Below are positions 29,876 to 42,600 of a stretch of 64,000 nt of DNA, in pieces. The notes under the pieces are model-generated. The model searched no databases. It had not been told where the DNA came from and was given only the letters and a program-made list of their open reading frames with translations. Both the position numbers and the translations under genes were made by a program. Origin of the DNA: an uncultured delta proteobacterium (lineage in GTDB: Bacteria; Desulfobacterota; Binatia; UBA9968); assembly GCA_963840855.1 (NCBI GenBank), contig CAWJBB010000001.1, positions 1-64,000 on the forward strand, read 5' to 3'. Positions within the stretch are counted from its first letter, which is position 1. Each line of letters starts with the position of its first letter.

Positions 29876-32800
29876 CTATTCGCGCTGATGGAGCAGAGTC
29901 AAAATCCCTTCGATGGGCACGCTCACCCAATCGGGCCGGTTGTTGAGTTCATAGCCCAACTCGTAGATCGCCTTTTCGAGCATATAGACGTCCAACATCA
30001 ACGCGATTTCCGCGCGGGCTTTAGGCATGAAAGCGGCTCCCCGGGTGGCCGCGAGATATCCTTTCAAATAATTGACCGAGACCCAGAGATTCCAGTAGCG
30101 GGCCCAGGGTTGCAGTTGGGCCAGATCCTCCGGCCGCATCCCGCCATTTTTCAGCTTGGTCACCGCCGCGTAGTTGAAAGAACGCAGCATGCCGGCGACG
30201 TCGCGCAGGGGTGAGCGCTTGATGCGCCGCTCCGTTACCGGGCGGGCCGGTTCGCCTTCGAAGTCGATAATGATGAAATCCTTGCCGGTAAAAAGCACCT
30301 GTCCGAGATGATAGTCGCCGTGGCAGCGGATGCACATGGCGCTGATCTTGGCTTCGATTATTTGGCGAAAGCGGTCGAAGATTGCATTTTCCAATTTTAG
30401 GACTTTCTCAGCATCGGCGCGAAGCTCTTCGGGCACTCCTTTGATGCGTTTGCCTAATAGCGTAAGGGATTGGTCGGCCAAAGTCCGCAGGCTTTGATAC
30501 AGCGAGCGGCGATAAAGCGCCGTAAACGGTTCCGCCGCGAAGGCCGGGTTCTTGGGGTCGGATGCCAGCGCCACATGCAGTTCGCCGGTGCGCTGTCCCA
30601 AGCGGTGGGCCGAAGGCAAATAGGAACCGATCAATTCCTGGGCGAAGGCAGGAGTTTCCTGTTCCGTCAAGTCCACCAGCGGCTGTTCCGGCAGCACCGC
30701 ATCTTCATAACGCGGTTGGCGCGTCAAGATTTCTTCAAAGTAACGGCCGAGACTGTCGAGGGTGTAACGCCAGGCGTCGCCCTCGTTTGCCACTAGCCCC
30801 TGGAGGATACCCACTGTAGAAGGTTCGCCGCGCCCTTTGCGCATTTCAAGAGAACCGGCGAGGGACGGGGTATGCGCGAAGCCGGCCTTCTCCGTGAGAA
30901 AGCGGCCGATCTCGAGATCCGGGTTGAGCCCTTCGGTAACGCGGCGGAAGACCTTTAGAATCATCCTGTCGCCGTAGACCACAGAAGTGTTGCTTTGCTC
31001 GCGTTTGAGAATAGAGGGCTCGAGCGGCGCGTTTGCGCCGCCGCGCAGATCGCGGAAGACCTTCGATGGCTGCGCCCTGACTTCGGTGGCGCGGCCTTTG
31101 TAATGCCGCCCGCGCGCTACCGCCGAAAGGAGCGCTTTGCAAAAGCCCGTGTCGTAAAGCGCGTCATACAGCACCCCTTCGGTCTCGCGATCTTTCTCCC
31201 TGACTTTTAACTGCGTGATCACGGCCTGGGGGTTGGCCTGGCGCAGTTCGAAGGCGCGATCGCCGGCGGCAAAGGCAAGCGGCAGCAAATAGCTCTCCGT
31301 CGCGGCGCCGAGAAACTGTACTTCCCAGGTGGTGAAATAAGCGCTCACGGAATCGGCGGCGAAGGGAATGATGTCGATATTTTTTAGCGACCTGATTTGC
31401 TGCGCTTTGCCGCCGAACCAACGGGAACTCAGGAAATACGCCGGCAGCGCGCGTTCCAACTGCGCCAGTGCTTTACCGTGAAGAATCTCTTCCCAGACGC
31501 CCGCAACTTCCAATTTTTCCGGCTCGAATGCTTGGACCGCCGCGCCGGCTGTGGAAACTTGCGGCGCTTCGACCTTGAACCAGTAAAAGGCATGGGGCCC
31601 GAGGGTGAGAAAGTACGGCAACTCGCCGATAGGCGGAAAACGCGTGTAGCCGAACAGTTCCACCGGCACCATCCCTTTGTAGGCTGAAAGGTCGAGCTCG
31701 GCGTAATTCACGAAGCGAGAAAGATTCGCCGCAACCAGAATGATTTCGTCCTGGTAGCGGCGGATGAAGACCAGCACCTTGCGGTTTTCCGGCAAGAGAA
31801 ACTCGATACTGCCCTCGCCGAAGGCCCGGTAGCTTTTGCGCAAGAGCACGAGCCGCTTCATCCACCAGAGAAGCGAGCTGGGATTTTGCTGCTGCGCCTC
31901 GACGTTGACGGTTTCATAGTGATACTCGGGGTCGATGATCACGGGCAAAAAAAGTTTCTGCGGATTGGCGCGGGAAAAGCCGGCATTGCGATCAGCGCTC
32001 CATTGCATGGGCGTGCGCACGCCGTTGCGGTCGCCGAGATAGATATTATCCCCCATGCCGATCTCGTCGCCGTAGTAAATCACCGGCGTGCCGGTGAGGG
32101 AAAAGAGCAAACTATTCAGTAATTCTATGCGTCTTCGATTGCTCGTGAGCAGCGGCGCGAGGCGGCGGCGGATGCCGAGATTGATGCGCGCCCGCGAATC
32201 GGTGGCGTAGACTTTGTACATGTAGTCGCGGTCTTCGTCCGTGACCATTTCCAGCGTCAGCTCATCATGATTGCGCAGGAACATCGCCCACTGGCTCGAT
32301 TCCGGAATCGCCGGCGTTTGCTTGAGGATATCGATGATCGGAAAGCGGTCCTCCATATGGAGGGCCATGAAAAGTCTCGGCATCACCGGAAAATGAAACG
32401 CCATCTGGCACTCGTCGCCGGCGCCGAAGTAGGCAACGGCGTCTTCCGGCCACTGATTCGCTTCGGCGAGCAGCATGCGGTTCTTGTAATTCTTGTCCAC
32501 ATGCTGCCTGAGCTCCTTTAAAAAGGAGTGGGTCTCCGGGAGATTTTCGCAGTTGGTGCCCTCACGCTCGTAGAGATAGGGCACGGCGTCCAAACGCAGG
32601 CCGTCGACGCCCATGTCGAGCCAGAAATCCAACACGCTGAAAAGCGCTTTTTGCACTTCCGGATGATCGAAGTTCAGATCGGGTTGGTGGGAATAAAAGC
32701 GGTGCCAGTAGTAAGCCTTGGCGACAGGGTCCCAGGACCAGTTGGAGGGCTCGAAGTCTTTGAAAATGATGCGCGCCTCTTGATAGCGATCCGGGCTGTC

Positions 32801-33232
32801 GCTCCAAACGTAGAATTTCCGCGCGCTGCTGCCGGGCTTGGATTCCCGCGCGCGCTGAAACCAGGGGTGCTGATCGGAAGTATGATTGATAACCAGCTCG
32901 GTGATCACGCGGATGGAGCGGCGGTGCGCTTCGCGCAAAAAGACTCTGAAGTCTTGAAGCGTGCCGTAGTCGGGATGGATGGCGGTGTAATCGGCGATAT
33001 CGTAACCGTCGTCGCGCAGCGGTGAGGGATAAAACGGCAGCAGCCAGAGCGCCGTGACGCCGAGGTCGTGGAGGTAATCGAGTTTTTCCGTAAGCCCGAT
33101 AATGTCGCCGATGCCGTCGCCGTTGCCATCGCAGTAGGCGCGCACGTGGACTTCGTAGATCACCGCGTCTTTATACCAGCGCGGGTTATCGTCCAGGATC
33201 ACGGTTTCCGCGTTTCGTGCTTTGCGCTTCAT
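29876..33232 (-). CDS. treS: Trehalose synthase fused to maltokinase (TreS-Mak/Pep2)
   Basis: [40 protein letters not shown]; kinase part [20 protein letters not shown]. Confidence 0.95.
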   Translation of the reverse strand: MKRKARNAETVILDDNPRWYKDAVIYEVHVRAYCDGNGDGIGDIIGLTEKLDYLHDLGVTALWLLPFYPSPLRDDGYDIADYTAIHPDYGTLQDFRVFLREAHRRSIRVITELVINHTSDQHPWFQRARESKPGSSARKFYVWSDSPDRYQEARIIFKDFEPSNWSWDPVAKAYYWHRFYSHQPDLNFDHPEVQKALFSVLDFWLDMGVDGLRLDAVPYLYEREGTNCENLPETHSFLKELRQHVDKNYKNRMLLAEANQWPEDAVAYFGAGDECQMAFHFPVMPRLFMALHMEDRFPIIDILKQTPAIPESSQWAMFLRNHDELTLEMVTDEDRDYMYKVYATDSRARINLGIRRRLAPLLTSNRRRIELLNSLLFSLTGTPVIYYGDEIGMGDNIYLGDRNGVRTPMQWSADRNAGFSRANPQKLFLPVIIDPEYHYETVNVEAQQQNPSSLLWWMKRLVLLRKSYRAFGEGSIEFLLPENRKVLVFIRRYQDEIILVAANLSRFVNYAELDLSAYKGMVPVELFGYTRFPPIGELPYFLTLGPHAFYWFKVEAPQVSTAGAAVQAFEPEKLEVAGVWEEILHGKALAQLERALPAYFLSSRWFGGKAQQIRSLKNIDIIPFAADSVSAYFTTWEVQFLGAATESYLLPLAFAAGDRAFELRQANPQAVITQLKVREKDRETEGVLYDALYDTGFCKALLSAVARGRHYKGRATEVRAQPSKVFRDLRGGANAPLEPSILKREQSNTSVVYGDRMILKVFRRVTEGLNPDLEIGRFLTEKAGFAHTPSLAGSLEMRKGRGEPSTVGILQGLVANEGDAWRYTLDSLGRYFEEILTRQPRYEDAVLPEQPLVDLTEQETPAFAQELIGSYLPSAHRLGQRTGELHVALASDPKNPAFAAEPFTALYRRSLYQSLRTLADQSLTLLGKRIKGVPEELRADAEKVLKLENAIFDRFRQIIEAKISAMCIRCHGDYHLGQVLFTGKDFIIIDFEGEPARPVTERRIKRSPLRDVAGMLRSFNYAAVTKLKNGGMRPEDLAQLQPWARYWNLWVSVNYLKGYLAATRGAAFMPKARAEIALMLDVYMLEKAIYELGYELNNRPDWVSVPIEGILTLLHQRE

Positions 33233-33248
33233 GTTCGGCGATTTCCAG

Positions 33249-35274
33249 TTACAAAAAATAATCGAAATCCTGCTCGCGCCGCAGGCGGTGGCGCACGCGG
33301 AAAATCTGCGCGGGCACGCTGGCGGGATCCAATTGCACATAATTTTTGGCTCCGTGCCAAAGATACCGCGCGTTCGTTAAGAGCTCATGCATTTGGAAGG
33401 GCTGCTGGGGATCAAGGCCGAGCTCCTTCATGGACAGTTCCACCCAGCCCGATTGGCTATGGTGCGGGTCGAGATTCACCACCGTCACGATGACATTGCT
33501 CAGATCTTCGGTTTGTTTACTGAAGCAAATTAGCGCGTCGTTATCGACGGGGTGAAAACGCAAATACCGGTCGCTTTGCAGAGCCCGGTTTTCGCGCCGA
33601 ATGCGGTTGACCCGCGCGATGAAATCTTTCAGGCTGTCGGGCCGATCTAGGTCCCAATGCTTGATCTCGTACTTCTCCGAATTGAGATACTCCTCGCTGC
33701 CTGGCTCTCGCGCGACATTTTCACAAAGCTCGAAGGCCGGGCCATAGATGCCGTAATTGGCGCCCAGAGTCGCCGCCAAAACCAGGCGCGCCATGAAGGC
33801 CGGTCGGCCGCCGAATTGGAGATACTCGGTCAGGATATCCGGCGTGTTGGGCCAAAGGTTGGGCCGGAAGAATTCCCGCACCTCTGACTGCGTGAGCTCC
33901 GTGAAGTACTGGGTCAACTCCCACTTGGTGTTGCGCCAGGCAAAGTATGTGTAAGACTGGCTGAAGCCGATTTTGGCGAGGCGGTACATGACTCTCGGGC
34001 GCGTGAATGCTTCCGCCAGGAAAAGCGCGTCGGGATAATGCCTCTTGATTTCGGCGATGACCCATTCCCAGAAGGGAAATGCTTTGGTGTGCGGATTATC
34101 GACGCGAAAAATACGCACGCCCTGTTCGCACCAGAATTCGATGACACTCTTGAGTTCGTTCCAGAGGGCTTCCCAGTCGTCACTCTCGAAATCGATGGGG
34201 TAGATGTCTTGGTATTTCTTCGGAGGATTCTCCGCGTACTGGATCGTGCCGTCCGGGCGCTTGCGGAACCACTCCGGGTGTTCCTTCACGTAGGGATGAT
34301 CCGGTGTGCATTGAAAGGCGATATCCAATGCGATTTCAATCCCGTGTGTCTGCGCTTTTGTGACCAGCTGTTTGAAATCTTTCAGCGTGCCGAGCTGCGG
34401 GTGAATCGCCTTGTGGCCGCCTTCCTTGGCGCCGATGGCCCAGGGGCTGCCGACGTCGTCAGTGCTCGCCGCCAGCGCGTTGTTCTTTCCCTTGCGAAAC
34501 GAGTAACCGATGGGATGAACCGGCGCCAGATAAAGCACGTCGAAGCCCATGGACGCGACATAGGGGAGGCGCGCGATACAGTCCTTGAGCGTGCCGTGCT
34601 CGCCGGCCTTCGGCGCGCAGGAGCGGGGAAACATTTCATACCATGTGCTGAACTGCGCCTTTTGCCGGTCGACGCTGACGCAAAGTTCTTTGCCATAAGT
34701 CGCGGCCCAGCGGCGCTCGGGATATTTATCCATCAATGCCGCCAGACCGTCGTCAAGAGCCCGCAGCACCTGTTCGGACGCCCGGCGCGTTTTTTGAGCG
34801 CATGGCTTTGGCGAAACCCTCCAGAGCCCTTCGGTCATCACCCGCGGCGCGCCTGGCGCCGAGATCGACCAGATCCGCGCCGCTTAGCAAGTCCAAGGAC
34901 ACCTCTTGGTTCGCTTCGACCTTTTTGGCAAAGCCGTGGCGCCATGACTTGAATCGATCCACCCAGCCTTGAACAGTATAATAGTAGTCGCCCAACTCGG
35001 TGACCTGAAATTCTCCGCGCCAGCGGTCGTTGACTAAAAAGGTCATCGGTGTTTCCGCCCATTGCTTTTCGCTTTCCTTCCGATAGAGCAGCACGGCCGA
35101 CAACGAGTCGTGGCCGTCGGCGAAAATATCGGCCTCGACCGTTACTCTGTCTCCGACAACGCGCTTGGCGGGGAATGCGCCGCCGTCGACTTGCGGCTCT
35201 ATGCCTTCAATGATGACGCGGCTGCGGCCTTCCTTAATACTAATATTGCGCGTCAGGATCCTCTTACCGGACAT
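33249..35274 (-). CDS. glgE: Alpha-1,4-glucan:maltose-1-phosphate maltosyltransferase, frameshifted near 34790
   Basis: DUF3416-type N-terminus ([16 protein letters not shown]); [39 protein letters not shown]. Confidence 0.93.
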
Positions 35275-35372
35275 GCGACCACCTCGCCATGTTCACGTCC
35301 TCAAGCATAGTATTAAGTTAGTATCCGCGATGACGAATTAATTTTCGAGCGAGCGCTATAAGCCCAGATGAG

Positions 35373-35978
35373 TCACGGTTGACTGATTTTGTCGCGCATC
35401 GCGCGCAGCAGTTCCTCAAAGGAAGACCGGCCGAGGAAGCGGCGAAATTGCGAGCGGAAATTATTCACGATGCTGATATTTTCGATCACGACATCGAAAA
35501 CCCTCCAATTTCCGTCCACGAGATGCATGCGGTAGCTGATCGCGAACTGCTCGCCCTCCCGCGCGAAAACGGCGGTATCAACTCCGGCGAATTGGCCGTC
35601 CTGGGACTCGCGGCCATAGACGACTTTGTCGCCGTGGTAGCTTTCAATGGAAGTGACGTAAGAGTTCTTGAGCAGATCGGTAAGCAGGCGAATGAACTCT
35701 TTTTGTTCGGCCGCGGTCCGCTGCCGCCATTCCGCGCCCAGTGAGCGCTTCGCCATTTCCTCGAAGTCAAACCTCGGCAATATCGCTTCGCCTAATCTGG
35801 TGCGGCGGTCTTTCTTGGCCGCGTCGGATTTCAGGCTCGGGTCTTTGAGAATGGCGAGAACTTGATCGACGGTGGCGCGAACTTGATCCGTCGGAGCGCC
35901 TGCCAGGGCAGCATCCGAGCCAGCAAAAGTAAGCATCAACAGTAGAACGCAAGTGCTGAGGGTAAATTTAAAATTCAT
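35373..35978 (-). CDS. MlaC/Ttg2D family phospholipid-binding protein
   Basis: Signal peptide; FDFEEMAKRSLG, WRVFDVVIENISIVNNFRSQF. Confidence 0.9.
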   Translation of the reverse strand: MNFKFTLSTCVLLLMLTFAGSDAALAGAPTDQVRATVDQVLAILKDPSLKSDAAKKDRRTRLGEAILPRFDFEEMAKRSLGAEWRQRTAAEQKEFIRLLTDLLKNSYVTSIESYHGDKVVYGRESQDGQFAGVDTAVFAREGEQFAISYRMHLVDGNWRVFDVVIENISIVNNFRSQFRRFLGRSSFEELLRAMRDKISQP

Positions 35979-36134
35979 CGTTTAAAACCGCGCAAAAAAG
36001 TATACACAAAGCGCACGCCAAATTTGTCACCAAATATCAGTCCCGACGAATCTGTATAGGGTTTGACCTTCTCCGGCGCGCACGAACGATAGGTAAACAA
36101 TCGGAGAAGCGTGGCGGCGCAGAAAGCAAGCGAA

Positions 36135-37340
36135 TTAACCCCGTTCGGGGGTCTCCTGTCGGGGCGCTTTTTTGACCAGAACCCTTATCGTAGACGGACT
36201 CAATTCTTCCAGTGTCAATTCTTTCGGATAGCGCAGATTCTGCTCCGAAATGTTAAACGTCCGCCGGCCCATCTCAGCCATGGTGACGTCCACGGTGACC
36301 TTGGTTTTTCTCAAATCGAAAAGATAGAAGGCGCGCCGCGGCCCGTTGAACTTGGCGTTGACTTCCGCCGGTTGGATCTCTTCGATTGCCAAGTGCGCCG
36401 GTAAATTTTGCACGCTCACCGGAATCTTGTAATTGACCTGTATGGTTCTCGCCCCGGGCACGAAGACATACCAGAAACCGAGAGCGAGAGAGAGCGAAGC
36501 CGCCTTGGCAATCCAATTTTTCCGGAACAAATCGAGGGAGTTTCCTTTATTTTCTTGGGTGGGAAACTTCTCCTGTAAAAAATCGTCGATGGCGGCGGCG
36601 ATTTCCCGGAGATTATCTACCAAACGCAATCTGCTGTTGCGCGCCACGGATACTTGTCCGCGTTCTTCCGAAACCACGAGGCAGAGCGCGTCGCACAGCT
36701 CGGCCAGACCCAACGCGGCGCTGTGACGCGTGCCCGCATTGGCGGTTTGGCTCAGATCCTTGGACAGCGGCAGGTGCGCCGCGAAGCGGGTGATTTGACG
36801 GTCCTCCACCAGCACCGCGCCGTCATGTCCCGGCGAGTGGGTATCGAATATGCTTCTCAGCAACGGCCCGCTCAACTTGCCGTCGAGCGGAATCCCGCCG
36901 GTAATATGCCGTTCCAATGGGTCCTTGCCGCGGATCACGATAAGCGCGCCGGTTTTTGATTTCGCGAGATCGGCCAAAGTGCGCGCGATAACGTCGCTGG
37001 ACTCGCTGCGCAACGACCGCGGTTTCTTGAAGTTAAGACTCCACACCGCGGTCTGCTCGAACAGGTGTCTGAGCTCTTCCTGAAAAATGACCACGATCAT
37101 GATCAAAAAAATCGCGAAAAAGCCCTGAAATATCCATGCCACCATTTGCAACTCGAGATAGCGGGCGATGATGTAGATGCCGCCAAAAACCAAGATGCCC
37201 CGGACGACGAGCGCCGCGCGCGTGCGCTGCGCCCAGACCACGGCAGTGTAAAGCAGTGTCGCTACCAGGAAGATGTCGATGATCTCCGCGATAGTGATCG
37301 ACGGCAGGGGATTGATGAAAGGGCTTTCGCTCATGGCCAT
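36135..37340 (-). CDS. Membrane diadenylate cyclase (CdaA/DacA-type) with fused TM and YbbR-like C-terminal domain
   Basis: Three N-terminal TM helices, IFQEELR, GALIV, HDGAV, GTRHSAALG, VVSEERG, then NWIAKAASLSLALGFW and a YbbR-like beta domain. Confidence 0.88.
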   Translation of the reverse strand: MAMSESPFINPLPSITIAEIIDIFLVATLLYTAVVWAQRTRAALVVRGILVFGGIYIIARYLELQMVAWIFQGFFAIFLIMIVVIFQEELRHLFEQTAVWSLNFKKPRSLRSESSDVIARTLADLAKSKTGALIVIRGKDPLERHITGGIPLDGKLSGPLLRSIFDTHSPGHDGAVLVEDRQITRFAAHLPLSKDLSQTANAGTRHSAALGLAELCDALCLVVSEERGQVSVARNSRLRLVDNLREIAAAIDDFLQEKFPTQENKGNSLDLFRKNWIAKAASLSLALGFWYVFVPGARTIQVNYKIPVSVQNLPAHLAIEEIQPAEVNAKFNGPRRAFYLFDLRKTKVTVDVTMAEMGRRTFNISEQNLRYPKELTLEELSPSTIRVLVKKAPRQETPERG

Positions 37341-37489
37341 CTCGAAGTCGGCGTTTCTACCTATAGGATGCCATGCCGGGTTGTTTGAGTAAATGCCTGT
37401 CCGACTGAAAAGTAAAAAAAGAGAACACGAGAGCCGGGAGTCAGCCCTAAAGGCTCGAATCTGAGCTGCCGAGCAGAGCTTGGCCGGGG

Positions 37490-38545
37490 TTAGATCAGCC
37501 GCACCCAGGGCTTTTGCAGTGAAGTCGCGTAGCCCACCGCTACAGCCTCTTTGACACCGGCGGCGTGAAGTTCGTCGATGAGTTTGGCGGCGTGGCGTTT
37601 GGCAACCGCGATCAATAGCCCGCCGGAGGTTTGCGGATCGATGGCAACTTCCGCCAGTCCTTCGCGCACCGTCGGCTCGATGACCATCTTGTCGTTTAGA
37701 TAGTCGCGGTTTCGCTTGCAGCCGCCGGTGAGATAGCCCTTCTCCGCCAAGCGCGGCGCGCGGGGGAGAAGCGGCATTTTGGCTGCTTCGATGACAAGCG
37801 TCACGCTGCTGCCACTGGCCATTTCCAGCGCATGGCCGAGCAGGCCAAAACCCGTGACGTCCGAGCAGGCGTGCACCGGGAATCTGCGCATCACGGTGGA
37901 AGCGGCGGCATTGAGCGTGCTCATGGAGCGCACCGCTTCGTCGACGCTTTCCTTGGCGGCTTTGCCCTTTTTCAGCGCGGTGGAAATGATTCCCGTTCCC
38001 AGCGCTTTGGTCAAGATCAGCGCGTCGCCTTCCTGGACGCCAACGTTGCGAAAAATCTTGTCCGGATGAATGGTGCCGGTGACCGCCATGCCGAATTTGA
38101 TCTCTTCGTCGATGATGCTATGGCCGCCGATCACCACGGCGCCGCTTTCTTTGACTTTTTCGGCGCCGCCTTTGAGAATCTCGCCGAGAATTTCCATGTC
38201 CATCTTGCCCTTGGGGAAGCAAACGATATTGAGGCAGGTTTTGGGCTCTCCGCCCATGGCGTAAATATCGCTCAACGAATTGGCCGCGGAAATTTGGCCG
38301 AAGGTGTAGGGGTCGTCGACAATGGGCGTGAAGAAGTCCACGGTGTTGACGATGGCCAGGTCGGGACGCAGGCGAAACACCCCAGCGTCGTCGGCGGTCT
38401 CGGTGCCGACCAGCATGTCCGGGTTATTAAACTTTGGCAGGCCGTGCAAAACTTGCACGAGGTCGGCGGGGCCGAGCTTGGCAGCTCAACCCGCGGCCTT
38501 GACCGTCTGCGTCAGTCTTATGGCTTTTTTCTTGCCGAGCATCAT
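37490..38545 (-). CDS. selD: Selenide, water dikinase (selenophosphate synthetase) containing selenocysteine at codon 20
   Basis: MMLGKKKAIRLTQTVKAAG-TGA(38488-38486)-AAKLGPADL, in frame with DDAGV, VDFFTP, NSLSDIYAMGG, DVTGFGLLGH, DPQTSGGLL. Confidence 0.95.
38443..38459 (-). promoter_or_regulatory. Bacterial SECIS hairpin of selD
   Basis: mRNA CGUGCAA-GUU-UUGCACG: perfect 7-bp stem, with the apical loop starting with G 33 nt after the UGA. Confidence 0.75.
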
Positions 38546-38579
38546 AGAAAACTCAGTCTAATTCCACCGACGGTTTATT

Positions 38580-40509
<1,930 letters not shown>

Positions 40510-40510
40510 C

Positions 40511-40684
40511 TTGAATTCAGTTTAAGGTTCAAGGTTCAAGGTTCAAGGTGACGCCTTCGACGCGGTTCAAGGGCTTCGTCTGTTCAAGGTTCAAGGTTCA
40601 ATGTTCAACGTGGCGCCTCGGTTCAAGGTTCCGGGTTCAGCGACCCAGTCCCACCTTGAACATTGAACGTTGAACATTGAACCA
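40511..40684. repeat. Inverted heptamer array (GTTCAAG xN ... TTGAAC x4) in the selA-selB spacer
   Basis: About ten GGTTCAA-type units followed by cttgaac/attgaac/gttgaac/attgaac. Confidence 0.8.
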
Positions 40685-40719
40685 ATAACTTTGGTCATGG
40701 CCAGGTAATGCTGGAATCA

Positions 40720-42114
40720 CTACACTTTCTCTGTCGCGCTGAAATTTGGTACCAATTCGTTGGCGTCGAAGATCGTGCGCAGGTCGAGTAGAAAACGGTC
40801 GTCTTTGATTCTGCCGATGACCGGCGGGACGGCGCCGCGAAATTTGGCGGCGATGGCGTTGGCGCTTTGTTTGTCATGTTCAAGCGCGATCACGAACGTG
40901 GGCAGTTCTTCGGTGGGCAGCGCGCCGCTGCCGATTTGTGAAGTGGATTCTTCGACGTAGACCCGAAACTCCTGGCCCAGGGCCGTGCGTAGTTGGGCGG
41001 CGGCTTTTTCGCCCGTAGCACGAATGTCGGCGGGCGAACGGGTGAACGCTCTGAGCGTCGGAATCGCCTGCGCGATGTCCGGCGACTGGCGGTACAGACG
41101 CAGTGTCGCTTCCAGCGCCGCCAAGGTCAGTTTGCCGCAGCGCAATGCCCGCTGCAGAGGATTCTTGTTGATCCGGCCGATGAGTGCTTGCTTGCCGACC
41201 ATCAAACCCGCTTGGGGCCCCCCAAGAATTTTGTCGCCGCTAAACGTGATCACGTCGGCGCCGGCAGCGATGCGCTCGGCGACGATGGGTTCCTTGGGCA
41301 AGCCGTAACGGCTGAGATCTATGAGCGCGCCGCTGCCCAGGTCTTCCATGACCGGAAGCTTGTGCCGCTGGCCGATGGCCACCAGCTCTTCGAGGGTGAC
41401 TTCCGAGGTGAAGCCGACGACCTTGTAATTGCTGGTGTGGACTTTCAAAAGCAGCGCGGTTTTTTCATCGATGGCGTTCTCGTAGTCGGCCGTATGGGTG
41501 CGGTTGGTGCTGCCGACTTCCTTTAATAGCGCGCCGCTCTTGGCCATGATCTCGGGGATGCGAAAGGCGCCGCCGATCTCGATCAGCTCGCCGCGCGAGA
41601 CGATGACCTCTTTGCCTTGGGCAAGGGTGTTGAGACCCAGCAGAACGGCGGCGGCATTATTATTGACTACCGTGGCGGCTTCCGCGCCGGTGAGCTCGAC
41701 CAGCAGATTTTGCAGCGTCTCTTCACGCCGCCCGCGCTTGCCGGCGGCGAGATCGTATTCCAAGTTCACCGGGTAGCTGCCCACGGCGGTCATGGCATCG
41801 ATGGCCTCCGGCGCCAGCAGCGCCCGCCCCAGATTGGTGTGCAGGATCGTGCCGGTGGCATTGACGACGCGGATATGGCCGGGCCGGCTCTCCGCCGCGA
41901 TGCGCGCTTCGACCTGGCCGATTAATGCATCATCGTCGCTACTCGCGCCCTTCCCTTGCCTGATGGCGGCACGCAATTGATCGAGCGCTTCGCGGCACTT
42001 TTGCGTGACATAGTCGCGGTTGTAGCGGGTTAATAAAATCTCACAGCGCGGATGCTTGAGCAGCCGGTCCACCGAGGGAATTTCGCGCAGGAGATTTGCC
42101 GCTGGTTCGGTCAT
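40720..42114 (-). CDS. selA: L-seryl-tRNA(Sec) selenium transferase
   Basis: VVNATGTILHTNLGRA, VNNNAAA, SRGELIEIGG, FSGDKILGGPQAG. Confidence 0.96.
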   Translation of the reverse strand: MTEPAANLLREIPSVDRLLKHPRCEILLTRYNRDYVTQKCREALDQLRAAIRQGKGASSDDDALIGQVEARIAAESRPGHIRVVNATGTILHTNLGRALLAPEAIDAMTAVGSYPVNLEYDLAAGKRGRREETLQNLLVELTGAEAATVVNNNAAAVLLGLNTLAQGKEVIVSRGELIEIGGAFRIPEIMAKSGALLKEVGSTNRTHTADYENAIDEKTALLLKVHTSNYKVVGFTSEVTLEELVAIGQRHKLPVMEDLGSGALIDLSRYGLPKEPIVAERIAAGADVITFSGDKILGGPQAGLMVGKQALIGRINKNPLQRALRCGKLTLAALEATLRLYRQSPDIAQAIPTLRAFTRSPADIRATGEKAAAQLRTALGQEFRVYVEESTSQIGSGALPTEELPTFVIALEHDKQSANAIAAKFRGAVPPVIGRIKDDRFLLDLRTIFDANELVPNFSATEKV

Positions 42115-42147
42115 ACGAAAAATCAGGTTTGCACAAGGTGGGAGTAA

Positions 42148-42170
42148 ATTCAACATAAGAATATTGCCGC
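42148..42170 (-). other. Candidate attI site of the left integron remnant
   Basis: Minus strand CAATATTCTTAT-GTTGAAT, a GTTRRRY core about 80 bp upstream of and divergent from the intI remnant. Confidence 0.35.
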
Positions 42171-42234
42171 GACTCACGTAAGTAGATGGTCAACACGCGC
42201 CCTTGATAAATCTGATTGCCAGCTCGGTTGACTA

Positions 42235-42457
42235 CTGAATGGCACGCCCTGGTTGATGGCGATACTGTTGTACGGGGCAGGATTGCGGTTCTCCAGAAGG
42301 CCGTCAAAGATGCCTGGCTCAAGGCCAACATCGCGAAGCCAGCTGGCCCGCACACCTTGCGTCATTCCTTTGCGACCCACGTGCGGGCAGATGGCTACGA
42401 CATCCGGACCGTGCAGGAACTCCTGGGACACAGCGACGTGAGCACCACGATGGTGTA
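42235..42457 (+). pseudogene. intI: Integron integrase remnant (two internal deletions, truncated by the RIT element)
   Basis: [18 protein letters not shown] fused out of frame to [44 protein letters not shown]. Confidence 0.85.
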
Positions 42458-42600
42458 TTATGCGCAGTGGATGGTTATGTAGAGTCGCGTCGGTAAGTGC
42501 TTGCCTGTCAGGTCATTTCTCTTTTATCGCAGCACATAAGATTTCACGATGATCTCCTCGGTGGCCATAGGGGTCGCCGCCATTTCAAAGGAGGTCGATC

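Noticed and set aside
36006-36020. Sigma54-like motif upstream of mlaC (TGGCGTG-N4-TTGT)
   Set aside because: The conserved -12 GC is missing, so it is too weak to call.
40511-40684. Possible CRISPR array
   Set aside because: The units are 7-nt tandem repeats without unique 30-40 nt spacers, and there are no cas genes.
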